Source: Elusimicrobiota bacterium (lineage in GTDB: Bacteria > Elusimicrobiota > Elusimicrobia > FEN-1173 > JAKLIF01). Taken from it: a DNA stretch of 64,000 nt. This document shows, one piece after another, positions 15,001 to 19,865 of this stretch. Every line of letters begins with the position of its first letter. Positions within the stretch are counted from its first letter, which is position 1. The notes beneath the pieces were generated by a model that was not told the origin of the DNA, ran no database searches, and saw only the letters and a list, made by a program, of their open reading frames with translations. The stretch covers positions 157,171-221,170 of the forward strand of contig JAKLIF010000003.1 in NCBI GenBank assembly GCA_022709755.1, read 5' to 3'. The translations under genes were made by a program, and so were the position numbers.

Positions 15001-17329
15001 AACGGGGAACGTGAGCGGTCTCTCCAATGCGACCACGTCCCAAGTCACGGACTTGTTGTCGCCTCTCATCGCCATCCAGGCGCCGAGCGGTTTGAACGAT
15101 CAACCCGCCACTCTGTCGGTCATCTCCGGAACGGCCGCCGATCAGACTCCGGGCACGGGTTTGTATTCGGTCCAAGTCCGCATCAGTTCCGGGACCACGG
15201 ACAACGACTGGAACGGCGCGGGCGCTTTCGCGGCGGGGCCGATCTTCCTGGATACCACCACGTTCTCGGCCGGCGCGTGGGCTTATTCGGGGACCGTTGG
15301 GACCCAGCTTCCTGCTTGGGAGCATGGGGCTTCTTACCGCATCGTCGTGAAGGCCCGAGACGTGTGGGGTAACGTCAGTTATGCGACGCACTCTTTCGCA
15401 TCGGACTCGGTTGCTCCCACGGTCATCAACAACGTGTCGGCCCTCAATACGGGAACGCCACAGCAGATCCGCCTGACCTGGACGATCCCGACGGAAGACG
15501 GCGCGTCCGGTGCGGCCGCTTCCACTTATGAGATCCGTTATGCCGCGGTGTCGTTCGTGGAGGATGTGAACTATGTGAACCGGTCTTCGGTGACGGTGAC
15601 GAACTCGGGCGCCGCAGGAGCGACGTTCTCCACTTACTTGAACGGCTTGACCGACGGGACCACCTATTATTTCCACGTAAAAGCCATCGATGACGCCGGC
15701 AACATGGGCGCGGTGGATACGACCCCGGTTCAGGCGAACGCTTATCCCGGAGACCAAGTGGGACCGGATGCGGTGACCGACTTGGCGGCGACGTCGACGG
15801 GTATTTCAGGGGAGGCCCGGCTGACCTGGACCATCCCGCAAGACGACAACGTGGCCTGCGACGTGCCCGTTCAATTCGACGTCCGTTATGCGACCTTTAT
15901 CGTCAGTAATACGTCGGCGTTCCTTTCGTTGACGAACTCCAAGATCATCGTGATCAGTTCGGATGTCTATTCCCCCGGCGATTCGACCAGCACGGTCATC
16001 AACGGGCTCACGGTGGGACAACCCTATTTCTTCGTGACGAGATCCCGCGATTTTGCGACCAACTACAGCGCCATCAGCAACAATGCTTATCTGATAGCGA
16101 CGGGTGACGCGCTGGCTCCGGCGCCCATCTCGGTGTTGTCGGCGGCGACCGGGTCCACGGAAGGATCGGTGGACCTGTCCTGGATCGTGCCGGTGGAAGA
16201 TAATGGGGTCTCGTCTTCGGGAGCTCCCCAGACTTATGATATCCGCTATTCCACGTTGAGTTTCGGTTCGTCGGAGTTCAGTGCGATGTCGTCCCGCGCT
16301 CTGTCGAACGGAAGCGCGGCTGTGGGGGCCACGGTGAACGCCACTTTGACCGGACTGAATCCGGGAGCCACTTACTATTTCCGCATCAAGTCCATCGACG
16401 AGGCCAACAACACGTCGGCCATCGATCTCACGTCGCCCCAGGCCTCGGCCCGTGCGAAGGAGACGGCCGCCACGGCCATCGATGGATATGTGCGCCAGGC
16501 CAACGGGCAGGCCATCAACCTGGTTTTCGTGGAAGCCCTCACGGCGGCGGGAGTCATCTCCACTTACACCTATACCGATTCCAACGGATATTGGCGGCTC
16601 GGGGGGCTCACGCCGAACTCGCTCTACACGGTGCGCGTGAGTTGGACGGTGGGAGAGATCACTTCCAGCGTGTATCTGGAGAACGTGCCGACCGGTAGCG
16701 GCGGGGTCGTTTTCAACCTGGAGATCAACATCGATCTGGCCACCATCACCGGTTCGGTGGCGCTGGCTCCCAAAGCGGTGCGCGCGATGGCGACCGCCTA
16801 TGCGGCGCCCGTGGCGTCCGTCGGGGCCGGGTTCATCGAGGTTTATCAGAAAGGCAAGCGGGTGGGCGTCATCTACACGGACGCCGACGGGCGCTATATC
16901 GTGCCGAACCTGCTGCCGGGCCGGTATGCCCTGCGCGCCTATAACGGTTTGAGTTTCAGCGAGATGACCGAGGTCACTCTCGTTGAGGGCCAGGTGCTCA
17001 GCCTGGTCTTCAAGTTCGATCTGTTGCCCGAAGAGAAGGTCTATTGTTATCCGAACCCGGCGCGTTATCAGGCCGCCATCCGGTTTGAGAGCGTCGTTCA
17101 ACCGTTGGAAGCGCAAGCGCTGATCTTCGACATCACGGGGGCTCTCGTCAGGGAACTCACCGGAAGCGATGCCGTCCGCGTGGGCGCCGAAGTGACCTGG
17201 AACTGGGACCTGCGCAATACCCAGGGGGAACCGGTTGCGTCAGGGATTTACCTGGTCCACGTGAAGGTGCACGACCCGGCGACCAACCGCCGGGCGGGTG
17301 TGATCAAGAAACTGGCGGTCGTGAAATAG
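2..17329 (+). CDS. Giant modular cell-surface protein (adhesin-like). It is 5'-partial: the ORF is open to the window edge, has no signal peptide and begins mid-repeat. The sequence in the window is more than 5,770 aa. Architecture: a parallel-beta-helix/Pmp-like repeat module (about aa 1-1550), several FN3 domains, a BNR/Asp-box beta-propeller, more FN3, a second beta-helix module (about aa 2800-3470), Ig-like and FN3 domains, two CarboxypepD_reg-like domains and a C-terminal T9SS (Por) sorting domain.
   Basis: Single uninterrupted ORF from 8 to 17329, with the frame open back to nt 2. Beta-helix module: repeating units of about 80 aa with GGN(F/M) and FxxVxVNK motifs. FN3-like units such as TGFTLIGESSVTITWSENANPPDTEYNV...VTYYVAVVARN. 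Asp-box motifs SSDNGANWQ, STDSGHTWV and SIDGGATFT, with repeated xDGNxHIAY blades. The last ~80 aa (VYCYPNPARYQAAIRFES...ASGIYLVHVKVHD...KKLAVVK) match the T9SS C-terminal sorting-domain pattern (NPF/NP...GxY...K-rich end). Confidence 0.85.
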   Translation, partial: GDMADVGTWSPSGTWTLDGPSYQSITEGYFQNLVIHSTQTRTVGFPNGLSVGYSNGTLWVSSYSTVDMYSTLLQMEGNLVSSGTFSNMSTMTFVGGNAQTVWAADISTFNNVVVNKTGNVLTAASPLKIGGNFVVQGGNFATGDFTHEVGGDYVQLAGSIGYGAGTIMLNGYEVGGTTTTVQIVDPFNELEISKNVTSGIHDVVFNSDLTVEQTLNIYNNSGNVLHILPGSFVHRLRGDFTLDESTSDVVLDSGHFMFDGAGPQRVGRANSEALMTVSSFTVTCSSSVVLKSCLGVRDHLNIQSGEFEPSVGSVTVQGNFTIGAGALFRPTTGLFIFEHATDIGISMAEPGANQHFNDFAIYDASVTAQGDMRVDGIFYAAVEAMDQSTFDANGKTIYLLGDLQVASGSTLMASGTFYFMGSNQIISQPYGDVAITFKDFVTSATNLSVEAGDSLGITGNWRELPGATFGLMPSTVTFLSSGIRYVTQQAGNSFRDVRVDTAMLTPESTLRINGDLGRSALGGFNTNGQQIYLAGDMADFTGAWTPTGEWVLYGGANQTINLNDSFQHLTFTSTGARTVDFAATLLVSGNVSISSLTTVDFNGHGGYFGGNMISSGTFTDLGVSTIQFNGASASLWTAPSSTFTYLQVNKDSTATLSVLSNLTVNNNLTISGGSMDPGASTHTVLGNFSITGGTMTATAGKFVLGTGTSRLNMASTSSQFWNLDINKGAFNLTLDSNLKIGNDLNFNSGTFIITNRDVAVGGDLYAQGTGAFTETGSTITFNGSSDQEFRASGDARNLVNVYVNKSNGTLSVYDPLTVTGKIALAQGNLYMGGNSHTLSPANFIQTGGNFTMSGGTITFSGGNSSIDLMGGTAQFDTVVVNKTVGQVLSLSSSVLGLDVNGNITLTNGTLVLNNVSHTFAGDFTLTGGSIAANSSTVVFDGDSSSNLSLGWGSLWNMTLSKSGTNQLTMVTDVDVNGDVTLNSGAFNFWAYKMNVAGDYDCNLSGNFSGTTAARLVMDGSSHQTVSGYVPTSFEVNSSSTVAIIDASQNVNDLKIITGTMTITGSQLNVYGSWLQTGGGFDAGTSTVTFAGGDIGSARTITALGHPFYRFEVNVTTTVTLLTDIETDSNFTLSGGTFNAADKHIYVDGNWTEQNGAKFQTSGSTVTFDGTGTDYVTTITDLNYFDGLEVDGPTLLIGGNTLDIRGSLKITSGNFITNYKSVFMKGHFLDGSGGFNPMGYWYFDGDGPLDCYAWYFDNLTLRTNGTVNMKSPSGSCTLQAANLGINAGTTADFSGSVAKTVEVTGNMTSSGTITGLTTLKFNGTTGDQSVWLAPSTTLPDVLVSKTSGLLMPSTGFAMTGGLTIAQGGLDLGMGTFTVTGLTRVGSSAASVLNVSSAVVVFASSVTVENGSSFIMPSVSPSPVVKLGDGCYLNVQNGSFNSSSINNVITTTAPGTLFGNIAVQNGGTLNVSGLTLDSYDTTGIQINQGATVADFDNVRYRNGKSGAAAITVNATSMAITTFTAHDFDSSVSTNIWVGNDISPSWILMENATGVSSGTDHEYDPYNNVFWGIPSAPINVSHTTHSATTMLWTWTNTSDDMMNIRVSTSSDPGADYLVNLSTMNVNWLEENLSTNTYYTRYVYAWNPIGESGRVTTTQACTLASTPVPTGFTLIGESSVTITWSENANPPDTEYNVGIDTNTDFDPCVDMAGWTDFGVASHTFAGLISNVTYYVAVVARNRDGIESPSADEPVEYSTAVTLAAVPGSNSFVDVGLTSMTVSWLNGGNADGTLYVVDIATRSDFTPIWSSSETQQLSALFGTGGQGTDLLTNTTYYVQVKSRNHGGLDSAYNTYIETVTLANVPTPLALVESDVWVSSLTYRWNTNNSASFTIYEAVLARDSGFTSIVATHTLYAMASSTDTLYEGLTGNNTYFMHVRAVNSGDIPSAFSSVQSTHTFANPPTALSVTNRAYDSITLSWAANNNADPGTLYSVQASTYSGFDVVYSTTEWNALSATIPSLLNETTFYFRIRTVQWRGGYSDFSTTVSTYTLDGVAPAAVTSLTAYQSGTPNSVMLTWVTPGDDGSLRTLPAGSQYRIQYGSGTYGDIVWSTASAQIVIATSSIAPGVTVSTQTYLPYNDFYWFKMWTRDEANNWSLASSSAGAFNSPFVVETIGSGNNSQVSMAIDVDGNYHIAYHLDTPSWDLKYAKWNGSSWDIKTIDAGGLEGWGVSLGMGVDGNLAVSYYSQGSDDFRVVRSSDNGANWQTPTAIQSISCCGYQSGIAFAPSNKIYAAYTDGGGGDFKFAENDGSGWVTSIAVGGAGGQSPTNNGIVLDGAGNIYVPYQDLNSNEFRLAKSTDSGHTWVTSLITSDVIDGNDQIVLDGNGNVHVSYFAQGLSKVGYAKSIDGGATFTTEILDDSNYGSAIALDGDGNPHIVYQQSTSIKYAKHNGVSWSTSTVGDVGAAGGVNPQIAIDNVGGVHIAYFDGGGAPLKVAHWASAGLSAPMGGNSRGKVQAPDHFSTNGIFVSSVSWVWGDHASNEMGYRLYTSSAGSVNGVYTLAAGSVTLVADSGSYIQTGLTPNTSYQAYVSAVNAGGVVTSSSAVVYTRAAVPVATGFSDIGVSSMVFTWSEETNPAYTEYNVEIDSDTSFGPLVDQSGWVDFGVSSHVFTGLSSNVTYYVQVKARNTQNVETGYAAYNAGATLCYPPLPTAPPIFTAVGATHLTFGWDRNGSEADTLYVAEVSSNPFATFNMVSSSQTINNYATVPNLSIDTTYYARVKAVNHGDISTDYTELGSTKTDNAVFWTGAGTTDLASEYANWYNSVRPVNSANVIFDAAAPRNCVWDLSAVNVGKLIMEGTFAGSVTLSAPITITNNFELNTGNFSSNGQNMSIGGNWTGPATFSSVGTEIISFNGGAPQTVSATSTLPIVRVAAGSDVTLSNGAAILNVTGLGIEAGGRLTVPSGKDLRTTGSFSSSGTFVCDGSTLTFRGTNNMAVWTVATSTFNHIVVDASGGSLQVASALDINGNFTHRNGWFYAGTYDHGLAGHFVQEGTAGLFDPQLSTFTFNGISPMGVSLLPETSFYHLAHAGTGDLTPSSDLTILGNFTKSGSGMFNAGANSYRLAGNMVLNAGWDAQTSEWVFNGSSPQTVSGGYGFEDFVVSNPAGVSYVDTGAGLGSSQIKNLSIETGAKLDASALGYLEITGGNFISSGTFVGDNSTVTFTGTSSIWTVATSTFNNVTVNTSVGGTVSVLSDMKMGGFLNVWNGVFEINGSTLTNTDIHGSTVTINGASSVIKLVSSQWDTYYGDIIVENGGKLEMTNNTPASWIDATKILVRSGGHIISTSVNNMIHRRYWNDYPSEFLNVDDGTVSVSGLSIDSTEYNVLFTSNAVISQFDNVNFDGPLYSTNVALQLNYSAGTYNFDNLNFGDYGPYDSGMNISAPYFTGVGSITVHNPSGNLSGPAYENDPYNKIWWDNFDNLPPTSAVTYPVNGSFVRSLAAITGTSADPAETGSGVVRMDVALRRFSDNQWWDGDGFDLPTASFTAAAPSPLSPWSWTAPTLESGNTYYVVSRATDVFRAESPLSAGVTFYYDDSAPQTYIGGTYAPFINSLTTISGTAVDAGGSGLMSVQLNIHDFGADLSSGTGDDVYWSTATQSFVATPSWFPAVSTDTWATWISSESIYNHLSGHVYRVMVRAWDNAGNMDTVMSTKTFMFDTMVATITDNQADDVVRSVAGTTYNVDFFDNHSQMSSISYGIWDAPNRGGSMVKDLTPITTATPTASYTTDWSVDFTSLLHTPATNYVSVTLWDRAGNGFDYNDVFKVFKDTTPPAAPTGLTVINPATDGTLAISWNANGETDLAGYQLFRATYSFSNTGDSNVTNVATVSGSTTSYQNSGLTNGATYYYRLLALDSSVPPLGSALSNTDDAVPTKGPHHYHIENLAATAVAGQSLSADLSVHDVDHNIVDVYAGTVTWSAETFGGVKDPTLPADYIFDAGTDLGRHTFTGIVLKAIGSRWVKATDAGNAAITSEVVSYSTRPYVTVSPSVANHFADVGPAAGVDVSAGDVPSPGYYAVTATLYDAYDNPVATGTPVAISVTGVSGSTGTVIDLSFNIVASTLTDVNGRIGVTTPLNYSVSTVSGDYAQVTFSTGSVSTTTARMTTVGGTPRVLEIATRPASTFVGTLTADFAMVRKDNFGNLTMLGNTNVTLVSTSASPTAKFRDSADTADITNISFLAGQSSQTFKYYDTLAAEIGIEIAAGGLTSATTLYTYTPLTATKLVAILPGQSFAAATSTGIAGFPTTRTAGESFDITVRSVDTYWNLNSAGLATVHVVTNDPFDNELVDAALSSGVTTFTLTPLRASSYTVTLTDVDGSPLTEYQTSSVPVVAATASKLQVLVPGETAVPGSSTGKAGTPTSVQINSNFPITVNLTDAYYNPKSTDSAILIRLETTDPTDVPFFDIPLSAGLTQATTSHSMSSETVTGWTITASTSSGPYFAPNTSPLVPVVDMPIPPVIGTPVALSSTSIQWNWTDASNNEQAFSILDGAGVWLTSVSANSNLWIETGMNINSQYTRKVRSFTLSASSDSSTATLYTLAAQPTLPVLSDVFGSSLTFSWNNSTNPAGTPFLAQISTNNFGPVYASTLTTEVSYVFTGLPAETTYYARVCARNGDSEDTAYTTIISTVTLGVAPGTITTLVATPVPMHGVQLAWSAPGDDEYANGAASAYELRWSTVAAIVDDATWGTANDAAATPLFVTMPAPASPNTVQTKNITGLIVGTTYYWSLRAMDDMNQWSAVYTTAVSTLVGNVAPGAPSNVQPSGGSVTFSTITPANITWTAGTDADGDTLTYTIDFTTDSASWYAITSTPTASPYAWMVPNMETTGATARVRIKATDPYLQETAYVESASNFAIVVPDTTPPLAVTDFTASTGPTNGTVKFTWTAAGDDGDTKTLNSAYFRIEYSSNAAYSSWSSLAAQINISTTGVTPLSAQSYTASIPAMAGAVCYFRLWTEDETGNVSGLSNATTSQVTDLLSPLIAIQAPSGLNDQPATLSVISGTAADQTPGTGLYSVQVRISSGTTDNDWNGAGAFAAGPIFLDTTTFSAGAWAYSGTVGTQLPAWEHGASYRIVVKARDVWGNVSYATHSFASDSVAPTVINNVSALNTGTPQQIRLTWTIPTEDGASGAAASTYEIRYAAVSFVEDVNYVNRSSVTVTNSGAAGATFSTYLNGLTDGTTYYFHVKAIDDAGNMGAVDTTPVQANAYPGDQVGPDAVTDLAATSTGISGEARLTWTIPQDDNVACDVPVQFDVRYATFIVSNTSAFLSLTNSKIIVISSDVYSPGDSTSTVINGLTVGQPYFFVTRSRDFATNYSAISNNAYLIATGDALAPAPISVLSAATGSTEGSVDLSWIVPVEDNGVSSSGAPQTYDIRYSTLSFGSSEFSAMSSRALSNGSAAVGATVNATLTGLNPGATYYFRIKSIDEANNTSAIDLTSPQASARAKETAATAIDGYVRQANGQAINLVFVEALTAAGVISTYTYTDSNGYWRLGGLTPNSLYTVRVSWTVGEITSSVYLENVPTGSGGVVFNLEINIDLATITGSVALAPKAVRAMATAYAAPVASVGAGFIEVYQKGKRVGVIYTDADGRYIVPNLLPGRYALRAYNGLSFSEMTEVTLVEGQVLSLVFKFDLLPEEKVYCYPNPARYQAAIRFESVVQPLEAQALIFDITGALVRELTGSDAVRVGAEVTWNWDLRNTQGEPVASGIYLVHVKVHDPATNRRAGVIKKLAVVK
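7442..7451 (+). repeat. G10 homopolymer inside the giant ORF (codons GGG GGG GGG G, encoding FDGGGA).
   Basis: Direct reading gives c-gggggggggg-ctcc at 7441-7455. This is the longest homopolymer in the window. Confidence 0.9.
9760..10400 (+). other. Low-GC segment (about 30-40% GC, against about 62% in the flanks) embedded in-frame in the giant ORF. It has a distinct codon usage with A/T-ending codons.
   Basis: Hand counts on two 60-nt lines (9841-9900 and 9961-10020) give 40% and 30% GC. The encoded peptide (FEINGSTLTNTDIHGSTVTINGASSVIKL...NDPYNKIWWDNF) is homologous to the GC-rich cap of the first beta-helix module (...FDNVRYRNG...HEYDPYNNVFWG). Confidence 0.8.
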
Positions 17330-17349
17330 AGGCAGTTAAAGGTTTAAGG

Positions 17350-17378
17350 TTGAAAGTTTGAGGTTTAAAACCTATATT
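17350..17378 (+). promoter_or_regulatory. Sigma70-like promoter: TTGAAA (17350-17355), 17-nt spacer, TATATT (17373-17378). It sits in an AT-rich intergenic region that also carries GGTTTAA/GGTTGAA heptamer repeats, upstream of the RBS GGAAGGGG and the 17414 start.
   Basis: Consensus-like -35 and -10 hexamers with optimal spacing. This is the only strongly AT-rich intergenic tract in the first 20 kb. Confidence 0.4.
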
Positions 17379-17413
17379 AATACTTCCGCGCAGGAAGGGG
17401 AAAATTGAGAGTC

Positions 17414-18700
17414 ATGCATATGAAGAAAAAGTTCATAATCAAGGTTTTAGTCGTCACCTTGAACCTTACACCGTTAACTTTTTTGCCGTTGTTCGGGGCG
17501 CAGCTCTCCTCTCTCACCGTCCAGGTTCAGGACGCGGCGGGACGGGCCCGCACGTCGTTTTCATCCACGGAAAAGATCACGCTGTCCATCCGGGTTCAGA
17601 ACACGGCGGTAAGCACCGGCCAGATCCAATTTTCCTTCGAGATCAAGGATGCAGCGGGGAACCGGCGCCTGTCCCAGTCCGGTAATTCCGCCCCCGCCTC
17701 CGTCATCGGGTTTGCCGGGACGACCCTTCGCGGGATCGCCGTGACCCAGTTCTATAATTCGCCGGGACAGTACACGCTGACCGGCCGGGCCACTCTCAAT
17801 GGGGAGACGGTGGTGGGCAATGCCGTTTTTACGGTGTTGAGTCCGCAGATCACTCTCACGTATCCTCCCAATAACGCGCAGAACCTGATCGATCAGCCAC
17901 TCGTCTTCCGGTGGGTCTCTTCCGGGGCGTCCAGTTACAAAGTCTACGTGGACGACGACATCTCCTTCTACAACGCGCTGCTCGTGGCACAGACGGTCAC
18001 GAGTTTCTTCTCTTACCCGCAGAATCCGAGCGATGACCGGCAGAAGCTGGCGTCGGGGCAGGTCTATTATTGGAAAGTGGAGGGATTGGACGGCCTGGGC
18101 AATGTGGTGGCCAAATCCGACATCCCGTTCAGTTTCACGGTGAAATCCGAAGCGGCCCAGTCCACCTCCCGGGACCTGGCCATCATCGACATCGCCATCA
18201 ACAGCGAGGGGATCCCCACGGCGCCGGGAGCCCTGCCGCTGGCGGTGTTCGTGAAGAACCAGGGGGGGCGTTCCGAATTCAATGTTCCGGTGAACCTCTA
18301 CGTGGATGGGGCCGCCGTGCCGACCTCTCCGAAGAGGATCGAGCGCATCGAGCCCGGAAAGACGGAGAAGCTGGTCTTCCCGGCCCGTCCTCCGGACGAG
18401 GGGCAGACGCTCCTGGCCAATGCCGTCATCGACCTGTTCGACGACAACGTGCGCAACAATTCCATGATGAAACAATTCCAGATCGAGAAAAAGAAGGCCC
18501 GCCGGCTGAAACCCGACGAGATTTGGGAGATCATCAAGCGTTTTGTGACCGACACGGAGGTGTTGGCCGAATTGGACGGATACCTCTGCGACGCGGTGGA
18601 GGGGAAGGGGATCGGACGCGATGAGATCGACGAGCTGATCAATTCCTTGAAGGATGGACGCGCGTTGTTGAAGGGCGTCAATCTGAAACCGGTGGAGTGA
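17414..18700 (+). CDS. Exported hypothetical protein with Ig-like/CARDB-like domains and a helical C-terminus.
   Basis: Signal peptide MHMKKKFIIKVLVVTLNLTPLTFLPLFGAQ. CARDB-like segment DLAIIDIAINSEGIPTAPGALPLAVFVKNQGGRSEFNVPVNLYVDGA...IEPGKTEKLVF. RBS GGAAGGGG lies 14 nt upstream of ATG 17414. The track ORF begins at TTG 17405. Confidence 0.6.
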   Translation: MHMKKKFIIKVLVVTLNLTPLTFLPLFGAQLSSLTVQVQDAAGRARTSFSSTEKITLSIRVQNTAVSTGQIQFSFEIKDAAGNRRLSQSGNSAPASVIGFAGTTLRGIAVTQFYNSPGQYTLTGRATLNGETVVGNAVFTVLSPQITLTYPPNNAQNLIDQPLVFRWVSSGASSYKVYVDDDISFYNALLVAQTVTSFFSYPQNPSDDRQKLASGQVYYWKVEGLDGLGNVVAKSDIPFSFTVKSEAAQSTSRDLAIIDIAINSEGIPTAPGALPLAVFVKNQGGRSEFNVPVNLYVDGAAVPTSPKRIERIEPGKTEKLVFPARPPDEGQTLLANAVIDLFDDNVRNNSMMKQFQIEKKKARRLKPDEIWEIIKRFVTDTEVLAELDGYLCDAVEGKGIGRDEIDELINSLKDGRALLKGVNLKPVE

Positions 18701-18704
18701 CATC

Positions 18705-19778
18705 ATGGGATCATCGATGAACGGAAAAGGATATGACATGAAACGGACAAGGAAACCGTCGTTCTTGAAGACGCTCACCGTGGTTTTCAGCGTGGGATTT
18801 TTTCTGACCGCCGCCCAGCCCGAGTTGATCGCCGGCGACGTGGCCGCTGTCTTGACCCAGATCCTCGGCGCCCTGTTCATCAAGGCCCCCGGAAAAACTT
18901 CTTACAAGCAGGCCAAAAAAGGGGAGTTCATTTACGAGGGGTCCGTCTTGAAGACCGGCCAGGGGGACAAGGCCGCCCTCACGTTCGTCAACGGGATCGA
19001 GGTCAAGATGAACCAGACGACCCAATACACCGTCCGGAAAACCCACCCGTCCCGACGGGGACAGGGGAACGACACCGGGTTGCAGAAGGGACAGATCTGG
19101 TTCAAGGTCCTGAGGAAAGGGACAAAATTTCAGATCAAGACGCCCGTGGCCGCCGTGTCCATCCGGGGAACCGAAGGCGATGTCAAATATGAGAACGGCC
19201 TGAAGGCCACCTGTTATGAGGGGAAATTCCGGGTGGCCAGCATCCATCACGAGGACGAGGAAGTGGAGGATAATGCCGGTTCCGACGTCGAGGCGGGCCA
19301 GCAGTGCACGGTGAACGAGGGGAAACCCCCCGAAGTGCGGACCACCGACAAGAAGGAGACGTGGCAGAACGAGATCGCCTCCAAGGGGAAGATCGAGATC
19401 AATCTCGGGAAGGCCGAGGCGCCCCGGGGGGAAGCGGTCCGCGTGACGATCGCGGCCTATGACACGAAGAACAACGAGGACAAGAGCTTTGAGGGGGATG
19501 TGCGGGTCTACAGCGACCGGGAAGACGCCGAATTTTCGGTGAACGGTCAGTCCGGTTGGGCCAATAATTTTGTGACGGTCAAAGCGTCCGGGGGGAAGGC
19601 TGAGGCGTGGGTGCGGGCCATCCAGCCGGGATCCGTCAACGTGGGTATCGAAGTGGAGGGATACGACGTGTCCCCGGTCCGATATATGGTGGCCAAGGCG
19701 GCCCGACGCGAATTGGATGTTGAAATCGAAACAGAGAAGGGGGAAAAGAAACAGATCCGTCTCAAATTCCGCCGATGA
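18705..19778 (+). CDS. Exported FecR-domain protein. The alternative start ATG 18738 (MKRTRKPSFLK...) gives a more typical signal peptide.
   Basis: N-terminal signal/TM segment KPSFLKTLTVVFSVGFFLTAAQP. FecR-like core GEFIYEGSVLKTGQGDKAALTFVNGIEVKMNQTTQYTV, followed by a beta-rich C-terminal domain. Confidence 0.6.
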   Translation: MGSSMNGKGYDMKRTRKPSFLKTLTVVFSVGFFLTAAQPELIAGDVAAVLTQILGALFIKAPGKTSYKQAKKGEFIYEGSVLKTGQGDKAALTFVNGIEVKMNQTTQYTVRKTHPSRRGQGNDTGLQKGQIWFKVLRKGTKFQIKTPVAAVSIRGTEGDVKYENGLKATCYEGKFRVASIHHEDEEVEDNAGSDVEAGQQCTVNEGKPPEVRTTDKKETWQNEIASKGKIEINLGKAEAPRGEAVRVTIAAYDTKNNEDKSFEGDVRVYSDREDAEFSVNGQSGWANNFVTVKASGGKAEAWVRAIQPGSVNVGIEVEGYDVSPVRYMVAKAARRELDVEIETEKGEKKQIRLKFRR

Positions 19779-19865
19779 GCGGGGAATGCACCGATTGACC
19801 TCTCCGGTGGGATGGTGTAAGATACGGGCGTGATGACGATCACATCTGTGACAACCAGACGTTCT

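Noticed and set aside
1340-17116. Numerous long minus-strand ORFs inside the giant gene (e.g. 1340-2047, 2846-4747, 6461-7150, 14570-15757 and 15806-17116), and similar ones opposite later + strand genes (e.g. 17561-18883, 28181-28774, 34909-36693 and 60377-61540).
   Set aside because: They are antisense to + strand ORFs that carry clear domain signatures. Their translations are Arg/Gly/Pro-rich and low-complexity, as expected for GC-rich antisense frames. They have no RBS or start context. I treated them as shadow ORFs.
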